Below are positions 19,821-30,900 of a stretch of DNA of 64,000 nt, in pieces (the stretch's first letter is position 1; each line of letters opens with the position of its first letter). This DNA comes from Gemmatimonadales bacterium (GTDB lineage: Bacteria; Gemmatimonadota; Gemmatimonadetes; Gemmatimonadales; GWC2-71-9): assembly GCA_035631315.1 (NCBI GenBank), contig DASQIZ010000115.1, forward strand, positions 2,846-66,845. The letters are read 5' to 3'. The position numbers were made by a program, and so were the translations under genes. Below the pieces are notes generated by a model. That model had not been told where the DNA came from. It made no database searches and saw nothing but the letters and a program-made list of their open reading frames with translations.

Positions 19821-20007
19821 TCTTATGAACCGATGCCCCATCACGGTGCAATCCTGTTACCTGCTTGGGGTTGCCTCGCACCCTTCTCTTTGACTACACT
19901 GTGTTTGTGACCATGCACATGCACTTCGCCAAGATGCTGAACTGCCAGGCCAATCGGCCGGGGCGGGGCGCGGTGTAACGACTGGCAGTCCAGGTCCGAC
20001 GACCCCA

Positions 20008-20040
20008 ACCCGCTCTCCGAAAGAGCGGGTTTTCTTTTTT
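20008..20040 (+). terminator. canonical intrinsic terminator (ACCCGCTCT-ccgaa-AGAGCGGGT + TTTCTTTTTT)
   Basis: 9-bp perfect stem, 5-nt loop and a T-rich tail on the + strand only. There is no + strand CDS upstream. It ends 13 nt before the HAD gene start. Confidence 0.7.
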
Positions 20041-20053
20041 CCGAGGAGTACCA

Positions 20054-20854
20054 GTGAAGAAGCACTACTTATTGGCGAGCGATTTCGATCAGACCCTGTC
20101 CTTCGACGACTCAGGATTGATCCTGAGCGAACTCGTCGGGATCGACGAATACGACACCCGCGTGGGCAAGCTGTCGCGGCTCAACCTGGTACAGCAGGGC
20201 GCCGAGTTGGCGTATCTGCTCAGGCACGATCCGGATTTCCGGCAGGTGGCGCGGGCGGACCTGATCGAGGTCGGTCGGCGCGTGCGGCTGAAGAAAAACG
20301 TTGCGCTCCTGGCCCGCCTGCTCGACGACGGCATCGATGGCCACAAGTTCGACTTCTACGTGATCTCGGCAGCGCCGGAGCAGGTGGTGCACTCGGCCCT
20401 GCATGGCCTCGTCCCTCCCGATCACATCATCGGAACCCGGTTCGAGTGGGATGACGGCACGGGCCTGATCGGCAACCTGCTCTCCGCCACCGCCGGGTAC
20501 GGCAAAGTCGCGGCCGTCGAGCACCTCCGGGAACGGCTCGCCATCCCGCGGGATCAGGTGGTCTATGTGGGAGACGGACAGTCGGACTTGCCGGTCATGC
20601 TGCACGTGAATCGGGGCGAGGGGTTCACCATCGCGGCCTCGGAAGCCCGCGAGATCTCCCACATCGCCAAGCGCACGGTCATCTCCGACGACGCGCTCTC
20701 GGTGCTGGTCCCGATCCTCGAGGACATCGTGGGATTCGGAAAGGCTGACATCCGGGCGTTCTTCGAATCCCACGGCCTCGTGATTCAGGAGTGGGACCGC
20801 GTCCGTACGGACTGGCTGACCATCCGGGAGGGAACCGCCGACGCGGCGGCCTAG
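20054..20854 (+). CDS. HAD-superfamily hydrolase (subfamily IB / phosphoserine-phosphatase-like)
   Basis: GTG start after GAGGAG. Motif I DFDQT and motif IV GDGQSD. Confidence 0.75.
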   Translation: MKKHYLLASDFDQTLSFDDSGLILSELVGIDEYDTRVGKLSRLNLVQQGAELAYLLRHDPDFRQVARADLIEVGRRVRLKKNVALLARLLDDGIDGHKFDFYVISAAPEQVVHSALHGLVPPDHIIGTRFEWDDGTGLIGNLLSATAGYGKVAAVEHLRERLAIPRDQVVYVGDGQSDLPVMLHVNRGEGFTIAASEAREISHIAKRTVISDDALSVLVPILEDIVGFGKADIRAFFESHGLVIQEWDRVRTDWLTIREGTADAAA

Positions 20855-21963
20855 GGGAGAACCCGATACCTCCCCGACATCCCGTCCATCATGTGCTCGC
20901 CGAAGTGGCAATGGAAAAGCCAGATACCGGCGACGTCCGGCACCATGTCGGCCTCGGTCATCGTGAGCGGTCCGTCGAGGTCGATCACGTCGTGCCGGGT
21001 GCCGTTCTGCAACACGGTGTTGCCGTGCCAGTGCGGCGAATGGATGTCGTCGAACCCGGTCGAGCTGAAGAGATACCAGCGGACCCGCTCCCCGACGTGC
21101 ATGGTGAGCTCGTCCACCGGGAGGTTCCCGTACATCCTTCCGTTGATGTTGAGATAGCCGAATTGGTAGAACCCAATGGGGCCCTTGGGACCCGCCGACG
21201 CCGTGTCCCCCGTGTAGCGCTTGAGATTGACGGGAACAAAGTGGGTGGTGTTCTCGTCGGTCGCCGCGAACATCGTGACGAACTCCCGGTCCACGTCCAT
21301 GGGCGTCCCATCGGGTCGCGCCATGCCCCGCCGGGTCACGATAATCGCCCCGATCAATCCGGAGTACACGTCCTCGAGCTCGTTTACGTGTGAGTGATAC
21401 GGCCACACGATGGAGCTGGGGTCATTCGGACCGGGCCCCGCGCGTTCGGTGATGGGCCAGGTGTAGCGGTACGTGCCACCGGTTGCCACCGAGTCGCCCG
21501 ACTTGTCCTTCTCCCCGTCGTTGTAGAGCGCCCCCTCGGACTTCTTGTCGTAGAACACGCCGTGCGGATGCATGCTCGCGGCGAAGTGCGTCCGATTCCG
21601 AAATACCACGACGATGGTGTCGCCCACTGCGCCCCGGAGCACCGGCCCCAGCATCTCGAGATGCTGCCACCGGGCATCGCGCGGCTTGAGTGTGGCGAAC
21701 GTGGAATCGGTGTATTCCCGATAGATCGCCTTCCGAAAGATCCAGGCCACGGTGTTCGTGTCGGGCCCGCGCACGATGTGATACTGCTCGTACTTGTGCT
21801 GCCTCCCCATCGTGAGGTCCGAGTCCGACGGATTGTAGTTCCAGTCGGTCTCCTCGGCGGCGACATAGTAGGTGCGGGTGACGCCCTTCGGTTTCGCTTG
21901 GGCGGCGAGACTCGACCCGACGGACATCACAACAAACAAGAAGACGAGCGGACGCGGGCGCAT
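20851..21963 (-). CDS. small ceruloplasmin-like multicopper oxidase, secreted
   Basis: RTYYVAAEETDWNYNP (ceruloplasmin/FVIII A-domain-like start). Copper ligand motifs HPHG, WPYHSH, HSPHWHG, HCHFGEHMMDGM. Signal MRPRPLVFLFVVMSVGSSLAAQA. Confidence 0.8.
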   Translation of the reverse strand: MRPRPLVFLFVVMSVGSSLAAQAKPKGVTRTYYVAAEETDWNYNPSDSDLTMGRQHKYEQYHIVRGPDTNTVAWIFRKAIYREYTDSTFATLKPRDARWQHLEMLGPVLRGAVGDTIVVVFRNRTHFAASMHPHGVFYDKKSEGALYNDGEKDKSGDSVATGGTYRYTWPITERAGPGPNDPSSIVWPYHSHVNELEDVYSGLIGAIIVTRRGMARPDGTPMDVDREFVTMFAATDENTTHFVPVNLKRYTGDTASAGPKGPIGFYQFGYLNINGRMYGNLPVDELTMHVGERVRWYLFSSTGFDDIHSPHWHGNTVLQNGTRHDVIDLDGPLTMTEADMVPDVAGIWLFHCHFGEHMMDGMSGRYRVLP

Positions 21964-22270
21964 CGACGGCTCTCCGGAGGTGGGGGCGGGGCCAAAGTAC
22001 AGTCGGATGCACTGCGAAGCGACCTTCACAAAGTGACTCGCCAACTGCCGGGAGCTCGGTCGCGACGAATTGGGGTGCGGAGCTGCATCGGCGCCTCAAG
22101 GGCCGTCAGGTAGGGGAGGCTGCCCCTAGGGGTAGGTTGACCCTGAACCCGTTTCGGGCCCGGGTGGCCCCCACCTGAGGAACATCGCCTAGGGGCAGGA
22201 ATTGCTGGTTGCCAGCCGGTGAGTCGGCTAGTGACGGTATCACCAACCGACTCACCGCCTGACCGACTGA

Positions 22271-22897
22271 TCACTGAATCGAGCTGCTTGCCGACCCCAC
22301 GACGATTTCATCGCCCGTCGTGAGATAGACGTGAATCATCCGCACCGACACGCTCATCCCCTGATTGCCATGGCCGCCGCTCATCGTCTGTTCATTGAGC
22401 ACGACGTAGCCACCAGGGATGTTCATGCGCGTGTTGGCCGCCGGCATGGCGTCGCCACTCGACACCGGCGTGCCGTTCACCACGAGATTGGTGATCACCG
22501 AGCCGTCGACGTCTCCGGCGATGGTCTTGCCGTTCATCGTGACGCTGGCAATTCCCACCACTCGGTCGGCCGTGATCAAGCCATTCAGCAGATTCACGTT
22601 CGACGCGGTGGCCACGCTCTGTTGAGAGCCCAGCCCGTCAGCGTCGGCTTCCCCAGCGGTCACAGCGGCTGTCGAGGCCGAGGTGAGCTGGGGCATCGCG
22701 ACATTGGCGGCGTCGTCGGAGGCCTGACCGCCGCCGACCGGCATGGCCGCAACGGCGAATTGCGAGATCGCGCCGTTGCTCTTCACCGACACGGCGATAC
22801 TCGAGCCGTTGACGGTGCGACTCGCGGTTTTCTGCGCTGCGAGAGGTACGGCCACCAGAAGGAGGCCGACCCCAGTGAGTTGCATGATGCGATTCAT
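22271..22897 (-). CDS. hypothetical secreted protein
   Basis: AGGAG ribosome-binding site then ATG at 22897. Signal MNRIMQLTGVGLLLVAVPLAAQ. No family recognised. Confidence 0.6.
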   Translation of the reverse strand: MNRIMQLTGVGLLLVAVPLAAQKTASRTVNGSSIAVSVKSNGAISQFAVAAMPVGGGQASDDAANVAMPQLTSASTAAVTAGEADADGLGSQQSVATASNVNLLNGLITADRVVGIASVTMNGKTIAGDVDGSVITNLVVNGTPVSSGDAMPAANTRMNIPGGYVVLNEQTMSGGHGNQGMSVSVRMIHVYLTTGDEIVVGSASSSIQ

Positions 22898-22914
22898 GGG
22901 AGTCTCCTTGGGGC

Positions 22915-23475
22915 TCAGGACTTGTGGGCCTGGATGTTGCCGCCGGTGAGGGTGGTGGTCATCACGTTGTTGTGAATGCCATCCCCGGCGTCGTCGATCG
23001 TGAACATGAAGGTGTCGACCCCATGTCCCGGCTCGCCGTTGTCGCAGACCTGGATGAAGTAGTGATGGTCGGTCCAGCCCGAGCCGGCGAAGACGTCCTT
23101 CTGTCGCACCGTCCCGTCCCACTCGGCGCAGGACCCGCCCGCCGAGTCCGGGAACGAAGCGAAGTGTTCCATGGTGAGTGAGTGATTGAGCGTCTGCGTT
23201 TCATGAAAGACCACCTGCAGCTCGCCCTTGATCGCCCCCGAGTCGCATGCTTCGGCGTGAATGTTGAAGCCGAACGTCACCTTGCCCACGCCCGGAGGAT
23301 CTACCCTGCCACCGCCGGTATACTTCCCACCGGCGTTGCATCCCACCCAGCCTTCCGGCGTCCGGGTGACCGACGTGGCCTGCTGTGGAGCGGCGGCATT
23401 CGGTTGTTCGCATGCCGCGACCACCAGGAGCGCCGCCGCTACGACGGCGGGCGCCATTCCCTTCACTACGTGCAT
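22915..23475 (-). CDS. hypothetical lipoprotein
   Basis: AGGAGG ribosome-binding site then ATG at 23475. MHVVKGMAPAVVAAALLVVAAC lipobox. Confidence 0.65.
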   Translation of the reverse strand: MHVVKGMAPAVVAAALLVVAACEQPNAAAPQQATSVTRTPEGWVGCNAGGKYTGGGRVDPPGVGKVTFGFNIHAEACDSGAIKGELQVVFHETQTLNHSLTMEHFASFPDSAGGSCAEWDGTVRQKDVFAGSGWTDHHYFIQVCDNGEPGHGVDTFMFTIDDAGDGIHNNVMTTTLTGGNIQAHKS

Positions 23476-23746
23476 AGGACCTCCTGTCCCAGGTGCGTTG
23501 AGGTACGGAGGCAGGGAATGGCAAGAGGGGTGCCTCCTTCCGGCGGACATCAGTAACACATGAAAGCGAGGATCCATCGGGAAAAGCCCGGCGAAGCGTT
23601 ACCGACTCGGTGCGCGAACTCGTCGCGATGCGCGCGCCACTCGGCGCCCGGGGACGCCGTGCGCCGGGGAAACGGAGGCCCGTCGGATGTCACAAATCCC
23701 CCCGCTGCCCCGTCATATGGGAGCCGTGTTAGCATTAGAACCCGCT

Positions 23747-24948
23747 ATGGACAACAAGTCAGCCGACCTCTCCGCCCTGCGCATCAACCGGGATGCGGTC
23801 CCGACGCCTTCAGGCAACGGAGGCGGCCGTCGACTGCTCGTCATCGGGATCCCAGTGATTCTGCTTCTGACCCTCACCGGCTTCCTGCTGGCGCGGAGCC
23901 TGGGCGGCGGGGTCCAGGTGCACCTCACGCCCGCGGTCCGGATCTCTCCGTCCCAGGCGAACGTGCTCGCGTCCGCGTCAGGCTACGTGGTCGCGCAACG
24001 CAAGGCCGCCGTGGCGTCGAAGGGCACCGGGCGCCTGGTCTATCTCGGGGTGGTCGAAGGGGACCGCGTGAAGGAAGGGCAGGTCATCGCCCGGATCGAG
24101 GACGCCGACGTCAAAGCCGCCTTGGCTCAGGCGCACGCGAACCTGGACCTCGGCATGGCCGACTTGCATGACGCGAAGACGTCAATGGACCGGCAGGCGA
24201 CCCTGCTCAAGCAGAACCTCGCGAGCCAGGCCGATTTCGATGCTGCGCAGGCGCGTTACCTGCGCGTCAGGGCCACCATCGCGCTCGACTCCGCTCAGGT
24301 CGACGCCGCGCAGGTCGCGGTCGAGAACACGGTCGTGCGGGCCCCGTTCGATGGGACGGTGCTGACCAAGAGCGCCGACGTCGGCGAAGTGGTCTCGCCC
24401 CTCACGGGCGGCGCGTTCGCCAAAGCCTCCGTCGTGACGCTCGCGGACCTCGGCTCCCTTCAGGTCGAGGTCGATGTTTCCGAGTCGAACCTCGCGCAGG
24501 TGACCATCGGCGAGCCCTGCGAGATCGTGCTCGACGCATATCCGGACGTCCGGTACGCGGGGTTCGTGGCGAAGATCGTCCCGACCGCAGACCGCGCGAA
24601 GGCCACGGTGCAGGTGAAGGTGGCGTTCAAGCACTATGACGCGAAGGTGCTTCCCGAGATGAGCGCCAAGGTGCACTTTCTCCCGCGTTCCACTGTGGCA
24701 CAGACCCCCGAGGACACGCAGTCGGTGATCGCGGTGCCGGAGAAGGCACTCGCGCAGCGAAACGGGCAGTCGGTGGTGTACGTCGTCACGGACGGCCGGG
24801 CGGTGGAAGTGCCCGTGACCGCCGGCCGGCACTTCGGCTCCTCCGTGGCCATTCTGCAGGGCATCGCGGTGGGTACCGCCGTGGTGGACTCCGTCGACGA
24901 CCGGCTCCACCGGGGCGTCAAAGTCAACGTAAAATCAGGAACCTCCCA

Positions 24949-24952
<4 letters not shown>
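23747..24952 (+). CDS. efflux periplasmic adaptor (HlyD/MacA-like membrane fusion protein)
   Basis: N-terminal TM segment, coiled-coil region (DFDAAQARYLRVRATIALDSAQVDAAQVAVENTVVRAPFDGTV) and beta-barrel C-terminus. Coupled to the ABC genes downstream. Confidence 0.8.
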
Positions 24953-25628
<676 letters not shown>

Positions 25629-25632
<4 letters not shown>

Positions 25633-26795
25633 AGATCCTCTCCATCATTTTCCGGAACGCCTTCCGCCATAAGCTGCGGTCGTTCCTCACGATCCTCGGG
25701 ATCGCGACCGCGGTGATGGCGTTCGGCCTGCTGCGCACGATTGTGTCTGCCTGGAACGCCGGGGTGTCGAACAGCGCCGAGAACCGGATGATCGTGCGGC
25801 ATCGCGTGTCGTTCATCTTCCCGCTCCCCCAGGCCGATCTCACCGAGCTTCAGAAGGTCCCGGGCGTGGTCGGCGTGACGTGGTCCAACTGGTTTGGAGG
25901 CGTGTACGGCGACGCCAACGACTTCAAGAACTTCTGGCCCCGGATCGCGGTCGACCCGGCGACCTACTTCCAGATGTATCCTGAATTCCTGGTCCCTCCC
26001 GACCAGCTTAAGGCGTTCCAGCAGGATCGGTCGGGCGTGATCATCGGCCGGAAGACCGCCGAGCTGCATGGATTCAAGGTCGGGGACGTGATCACCCTGA
26101 ACGGGGACATCTTCCCCGGCACCTGGCAGTTCACGGTTCGCGGGATCTATACCGGCAAGGAGCCCTCGACCGACGAAACCCAGATGTTTTTTCCGTGGGA
26201 CTACCTGAACGAAAACGTGAAGCAGCGTGAGCCGGGCCGGACGGTGGGCGCTGGATGGTACGTGCTTAAGGTCGACCGGCCCGACGATATGGTGAAGGTC
26301 GCGGCGGCCGTGGACACGATGTACACGAATTCTCAGGCTCCCACCAAGACGGAGAGCGAGCGGGCCTTCCAGCAGGGGTTCGTCGCGATGTCGTCGGCGA
26401 TCATCACGTCGCTCGAGGTGATCAGCTTCGTGATCATTGGGATCATCCTGCTCGTCCTCGCCAACACGATCGTGATGGCGGTGCGGGAGCGCACGCGTGA
26501 GTACGCGGTGCTCAAGACGCTCGGATTCACCGGACGCCACGTGCTCACCTTCATTCTCGGCGAGGCCATGGTCATCGGGCTCTTCGGCGGCATCCTCGGG
26601 GTTCTGCTCACGTTCCCGATCGTGAAGGGTTTCGGGAAGGCGCTTCCGACGTTCTTCCCGATCATCGGCGTGTCGGGTGTCACGGTGGCGCTGGCGCTGG
26701 TTGCCGCGTGTCTCTGCGGCATCGCGGCCGGGGCCGCGCCCGCGATCCGCGCGGCGAAGATGCCGATCGTGTCGGGTCTGAGGACGGTGGGATGA
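25629..26795 (+). CDS. ABC transporter permease, FtsX/MacB-like
   Basis: N-terminal TM, large periplasmic domain and C-terminal FtsX-type 3-TM bundle. ATGA overlap. Confidence 0.8.
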
Positions 26796-27964
26796 AGATT
26801 CCGTTCTCCTACATCTGGCGCTCGCTCTGGGCTCGCCGGCTTACGACCACGCTTACGATCGGCGGCGTCGCGCTGGTGGTGTTCGTGTTCGCCGGCGTGC
26901 TGATGCTGTCGCAGGGCATCACCAAGACGCTGGTCGACACGGGCTCTCCCGACAACGCGATCATTCTCCGGAAGTCCGCGACCTCGGAGCTGGTGAGTCA
27001 GGTGGACCGCGGTACCGCGGAGATTCTCGAGACGGCACCCGAGATTGCGACTGGGCCTGACGGCAAGCCGCTGATCACGCGCGAGGTGAACCTCATCATC
27101 AATCTGAACAAGAAGGGCAATCACCTGGCGCTCGGGAACGTGACAGTGCGGGGTACTTCTCCGCAGGGCCTTCACCTTCGGCCCGCCGTGAAGATCACGC
27201 AGGGGCGGATGTTCAACTTCGGCAGCCACGAGTTGATCGTCGGCGCGAACATCGCCCAGCGGTTCGAGGGTGTAGCGATGGGCGCGGATGTGCCCTTCGG
27301 AGGAGAGCACTGGACGGTCGTCGGGTACTTCGATGCCGGCGGGTCGGGGTTCGATTCCGAGATCTGGGCTGACGCGGATCAGGTGATGCAGGCGTTCAAT
27401 CGTCCCGTGTACTCGTCGATCACCTTCCGGCTCAAGGACCCGGCGCAGTTCGATGCCCTGAAAGCCCGGCTCGCCGCGGATCCACGGACGCAGTACATCG
27501 AACCCAAGCGCGAGCAGGACTTCTATCGCGAACAGTCGGCCAACATGGCGAAGTTCATCAGGATCCTCGGCCTCGTCGTGACGATCATCTTCTCGGTCGG
27601 CGCGATGATCGGCGCAATGATCACCATGTACGCCGCGGTCGCGAATCGCACGGTCGAGATCGGTACGCTCCGGGCCCTGGGCTTCAAGCGTCGCAGTGTG
27701 CTGGCCGCGTTCCTGCTCGAGGCCGTTCTACTCGCGGTGGTCGGCGGCGCGATCGGCGTCGCGCTGGCGTCCGGACTTTCATTTGCTCACGTCTCGACGG
27801 TGAACTTCGCGTCGTTCTCGGAGATCGGTTTCGGATTCTCGCTCACGGTCACCATCGTGATCATCGCGTTCATCTTCGCGCTGTCGATGGGTGTGCTGGG
27901 CGGGTTCCTGCCGGCAGTGCGGGCTTCCAGGCTGCAGATCGTGAACGCGTTGAGGGGCAGCTAG
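26792..27964 (+). CDS. ABC transporter permease, FtsX/MacB-like (second copy)
   Basis: MKIPFSYIWRSLWARRLTTTLTIGGVALVVF start typical of this family. ATGA overlap with the previous gene. Confidence 0.8.
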   Translation: MKIPFSYIWRSLWARRLTTTLTIGGVALVVFVFAGVLMLSQGITKTLVDTGSPDNAIILRKSATSELVSQVDRGTAEILETAPEIATGPDGKPLITREVNLIINLNKKGNHLALGNVTVRGTSPQGLHLRPAVKITQGRMFNFGSHELIVGANIAQRFEGVAMGADVPFGGEHWTVVGYFDAGGSGFDSEIWADADQVMQAFNRPVYSSITFRLKDPAQFDALKARLAADPRTQYIEPKREQDFYREQSANMAKFIRILGLVVTIIFSVGAMIGAMITMYAAVANRTVEIGTLRALGFKRRSVLAAFLLEAVLLAVVGGAIGVALASGLSFAHVSTVNFASFSEIGFGFSLTVTIVIIAFIFALSMGVLGGFLPAVRASRLQIVNALRGS

Positions 27965-30900
27965 CGTCCCCGCACGACCTCGAAGGCGGCCCAGAAGAAT
28001 GGGTTGCCGGTATTGGGCAAGTGTCGGAGCCTCAGCTGCGCCACTCGCAGCGCTTCCGATGGTGTCTCCCCCAAAGCCACACCGCGATAGAAGGTCCCCA
28101 TCAGATCCGCGGTCGGGGCTCCTACCGGCCATTGCGTGGCAACAACATTTCGAGCCCCGGACGCGAGAAACGCCCGGGCCAGACCGATCATTCCTTCTCC
28201 CCCCGATTCCGGTCCGCTCATCGTCTCGCAGGCCGACAACACAACGATCTGGAGGTGCCAGCGCTCCTCCATGATTTCCGACAGCTGCCAGAAACCGTCG
28301 TTGGCCGAGTCGGGCACGAGCCGCAAGTGGGAAGCGAGGGGGTCTCCGATGTTGGCGACGGCGTGTACCGCAAGATGCAGAATGTCATATCGAGGAGCCG
28401 ATGCGCGTACTTCGGTTTCCGTGGCGGCTGTGCCCTCCAAGACTCGAAGGCGCTGCGGCCCGAACACCGACCGGAGCGCCTGATCCTCTTGCAGCGCCCC
28501 GGGGGCATCCGTGAAGACCGCCAGCGCAGTGGCTAAGGGAGCCCCGTGATCGTGTGCAAGGAACTGTGCCGATGGGAGGTACCGGATTTCATACCGGTCC
28601 AGGAGATAGGCCGTGTCCCGGTATCCGCCGGACGTCGGGAGCGCGGCCACCAGCGCTCCGAAGGGCAGGGCGTGCAGGGGCCCGTCCGCGGCAATGGCGA
28701 GTCGCGTGATGCCGGCGAGCGCCGGAAGAAGGGGGGAAACGAGAGACTGGTACAGGTGACTCGCGAGGTCGAGGTCGTAGGGTGCCCGGGCCATGTCGAC
28801 ACTCCCCGCGTACGGGTGGTCGAAGGGACGTCGCAGGCGTGCGACGGCCAGTGCGAGTGCCTCGGGGGAAATGGGGAGCTTCGTCACCTGACTCCCGCGG
28901 TTTGTGAGCACGACGGCGGTGACTGACGAGTCGAGCACGATGTAATCGAGGAGCGCCTCTCCGCGGCTGAGGCGGGCGCGAAGGGTCAGGAGCGGCAGTG
29001 GCGCGGGAATGCGCCTCTGGACGTCGTGACCCGCGAGGGCAACTGCCAGCGACACGGCCTTTCGACGTTGAGACCACCGGAGTATCTGGTCGACGTCCCT
29101 CGGGCTGCGAGACGCCAACAGCAACCGGATCGCCTCGTTGAAGGGAGCCAGGTGGACGGCTCGGTACCGAGTGCGGTCGAAGTCTTCGAACAGTGCCGCG
29201 GTGACGTGCTCAGCCGCACGGGCCGCGCGCGCATACTCGGACAGCGCGTCTCGGGTTTCTCCCATCCGCTCCAGCGCACGCGCGAACGCGAGCGACGTGT
29301 TCAGCTGTTCACTGTTCAGGGGGTGGGCCTCTGCCGTGAGGGTCGCCGTGCGCAGCGCCGCGAGGCCCTCGCCCGAGCGACCGAGTGCCAACAGGGCTTG
29401 GCCTCGGAGTGCGCTCGCTTCCACCCCCGCCGCGACGGCGTGGATTGTGTGGGCAAGGGACTCGGCCGTGATCGCGTCCGTTAGGGCTGCGGCCGGGTCG
29501 CCGGCCCGGAGGGCCAACTCCGCCGCCTCATTGTACGCCAGGGCCCCACCCTGAACGTTGCCAGCCGCCGCTTGTAGGGTACTCCAACGCTCCGCGAGTC
29601 GAACGCCCTCCTCAGGGTGCCCGTGTCGGGCAATGAAGGCCGGCAGGAGAGGGGCATCGAGTGGGACCCAGTCCAGTTGGGCGGAGTCGTGTTGCGCGGC
29701 CGCGTGCTCCGCGCTGTCGCTCTGGCCCAGTGCCTCAAAGATCCTTGTGAGGCCGGCGAGCGCCTGGCTGTACCACTGCCCCGGCCCGTGATGCGTGCGG
29801 ACCGCCTCCCCGTAATAGTGCCGGGCGCGATCGAGTGCCCCGGTCCGTTCGAAGTACTCACCGGCCCAGTATTGGTTGGTGCCTTGGTCGTCGATCACGC
29901 CCACCATAGCCGCAAATTGTGTGTCGGCGGATGCGTGCCAGCCCGCCTCCCATCGGATGAGCCCGGCGTCGTACCGGGCGACAGCCCGGTCATCGCTCCA
30001 ACGGGCGCCTGCCGAGAGGGCGACATACCGGTCGATCGCCTTCACGGCCTGTCCCCAGGCGCCCTGTTCCTCATACGAGTGCGCGAGCTGATGCCACGCC
30101 GCCTCGGCCCAGTATTGGTCATCGACCAGAGAGTCGAGGGCGGTTGCTAGAAGGAGATCTCGGACCGCGCGTTCGGGCACGCCCGCCTTCGACTCGGCAC
30201 GTCCGCGGCGGGTGTACAACCGCATCCGAGGGCCCGGCCAACCGGCGGAGTCCGCCAGCACCACGCCTGAATCCAGAGTGGTCATCGCTCGCGTCGCCAA
30301 CCCTCCGTCCAGGAGAACCTCGCCGCGCACTTCGATCTGGTTGAGTCGGGATTCCCAGTCGGCAGTTGAAGCCGGCATGGCCATCCACAATCCACATGAC
30401 GGGGGGAGAGGAAGTCGGACCGTCTTGAGGGCGGCACATCCCCACACCCGCGCTAGCGGCCGCCCGTCGCGGAATTCAGCGTCGGCGAACGGGAGCGCCA
30501 GGTAAGTGGCGGAAGACGTATCTCCCGCGCTCAGCAAGTCATCGATCGCGCGCGGGTAGAGCTCTCCCAGTGCGGTCGCCGGCCAAGGGCGGGTGAGGGC
30601 TTCCTGATCGACGCGTATCGCCTCCGGTAGTCGACCACTCGCTGCAAGGGCGGCGCTGAGCCGGAGCCAGTTGGCCGAGAGCGCCGGCGCGGCGCGCCAT
30701 GCGGCCTCCGCCGACGACACGCGGGCTGTATCGCCGGCGTTCGACCAGCCCGACATCAAGGCGATGTAGGTGAGCGAGCAGCCGCTCGAATCCCGGCGTG
30801 CCAGGCGGGTCAAACCTGCAAAGGCGGCAGAATCGGGAGGGTGCTCGCCGGTGGTCCGCCCCGCCGTGGCGAGTGCGAGACACTCCGTTACCGATCCCCC

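Noticed and set aside
19941-20005. Resemblance of CAGTCCAGGTCCGACGACC to the SRP (4.5S) RNA domain IV
   Set aside because: The conserved GGAAGGAAGCAGC-type motif and symmetric loop are absent. It is kept only as part of the leader/sRNA hypothesis.
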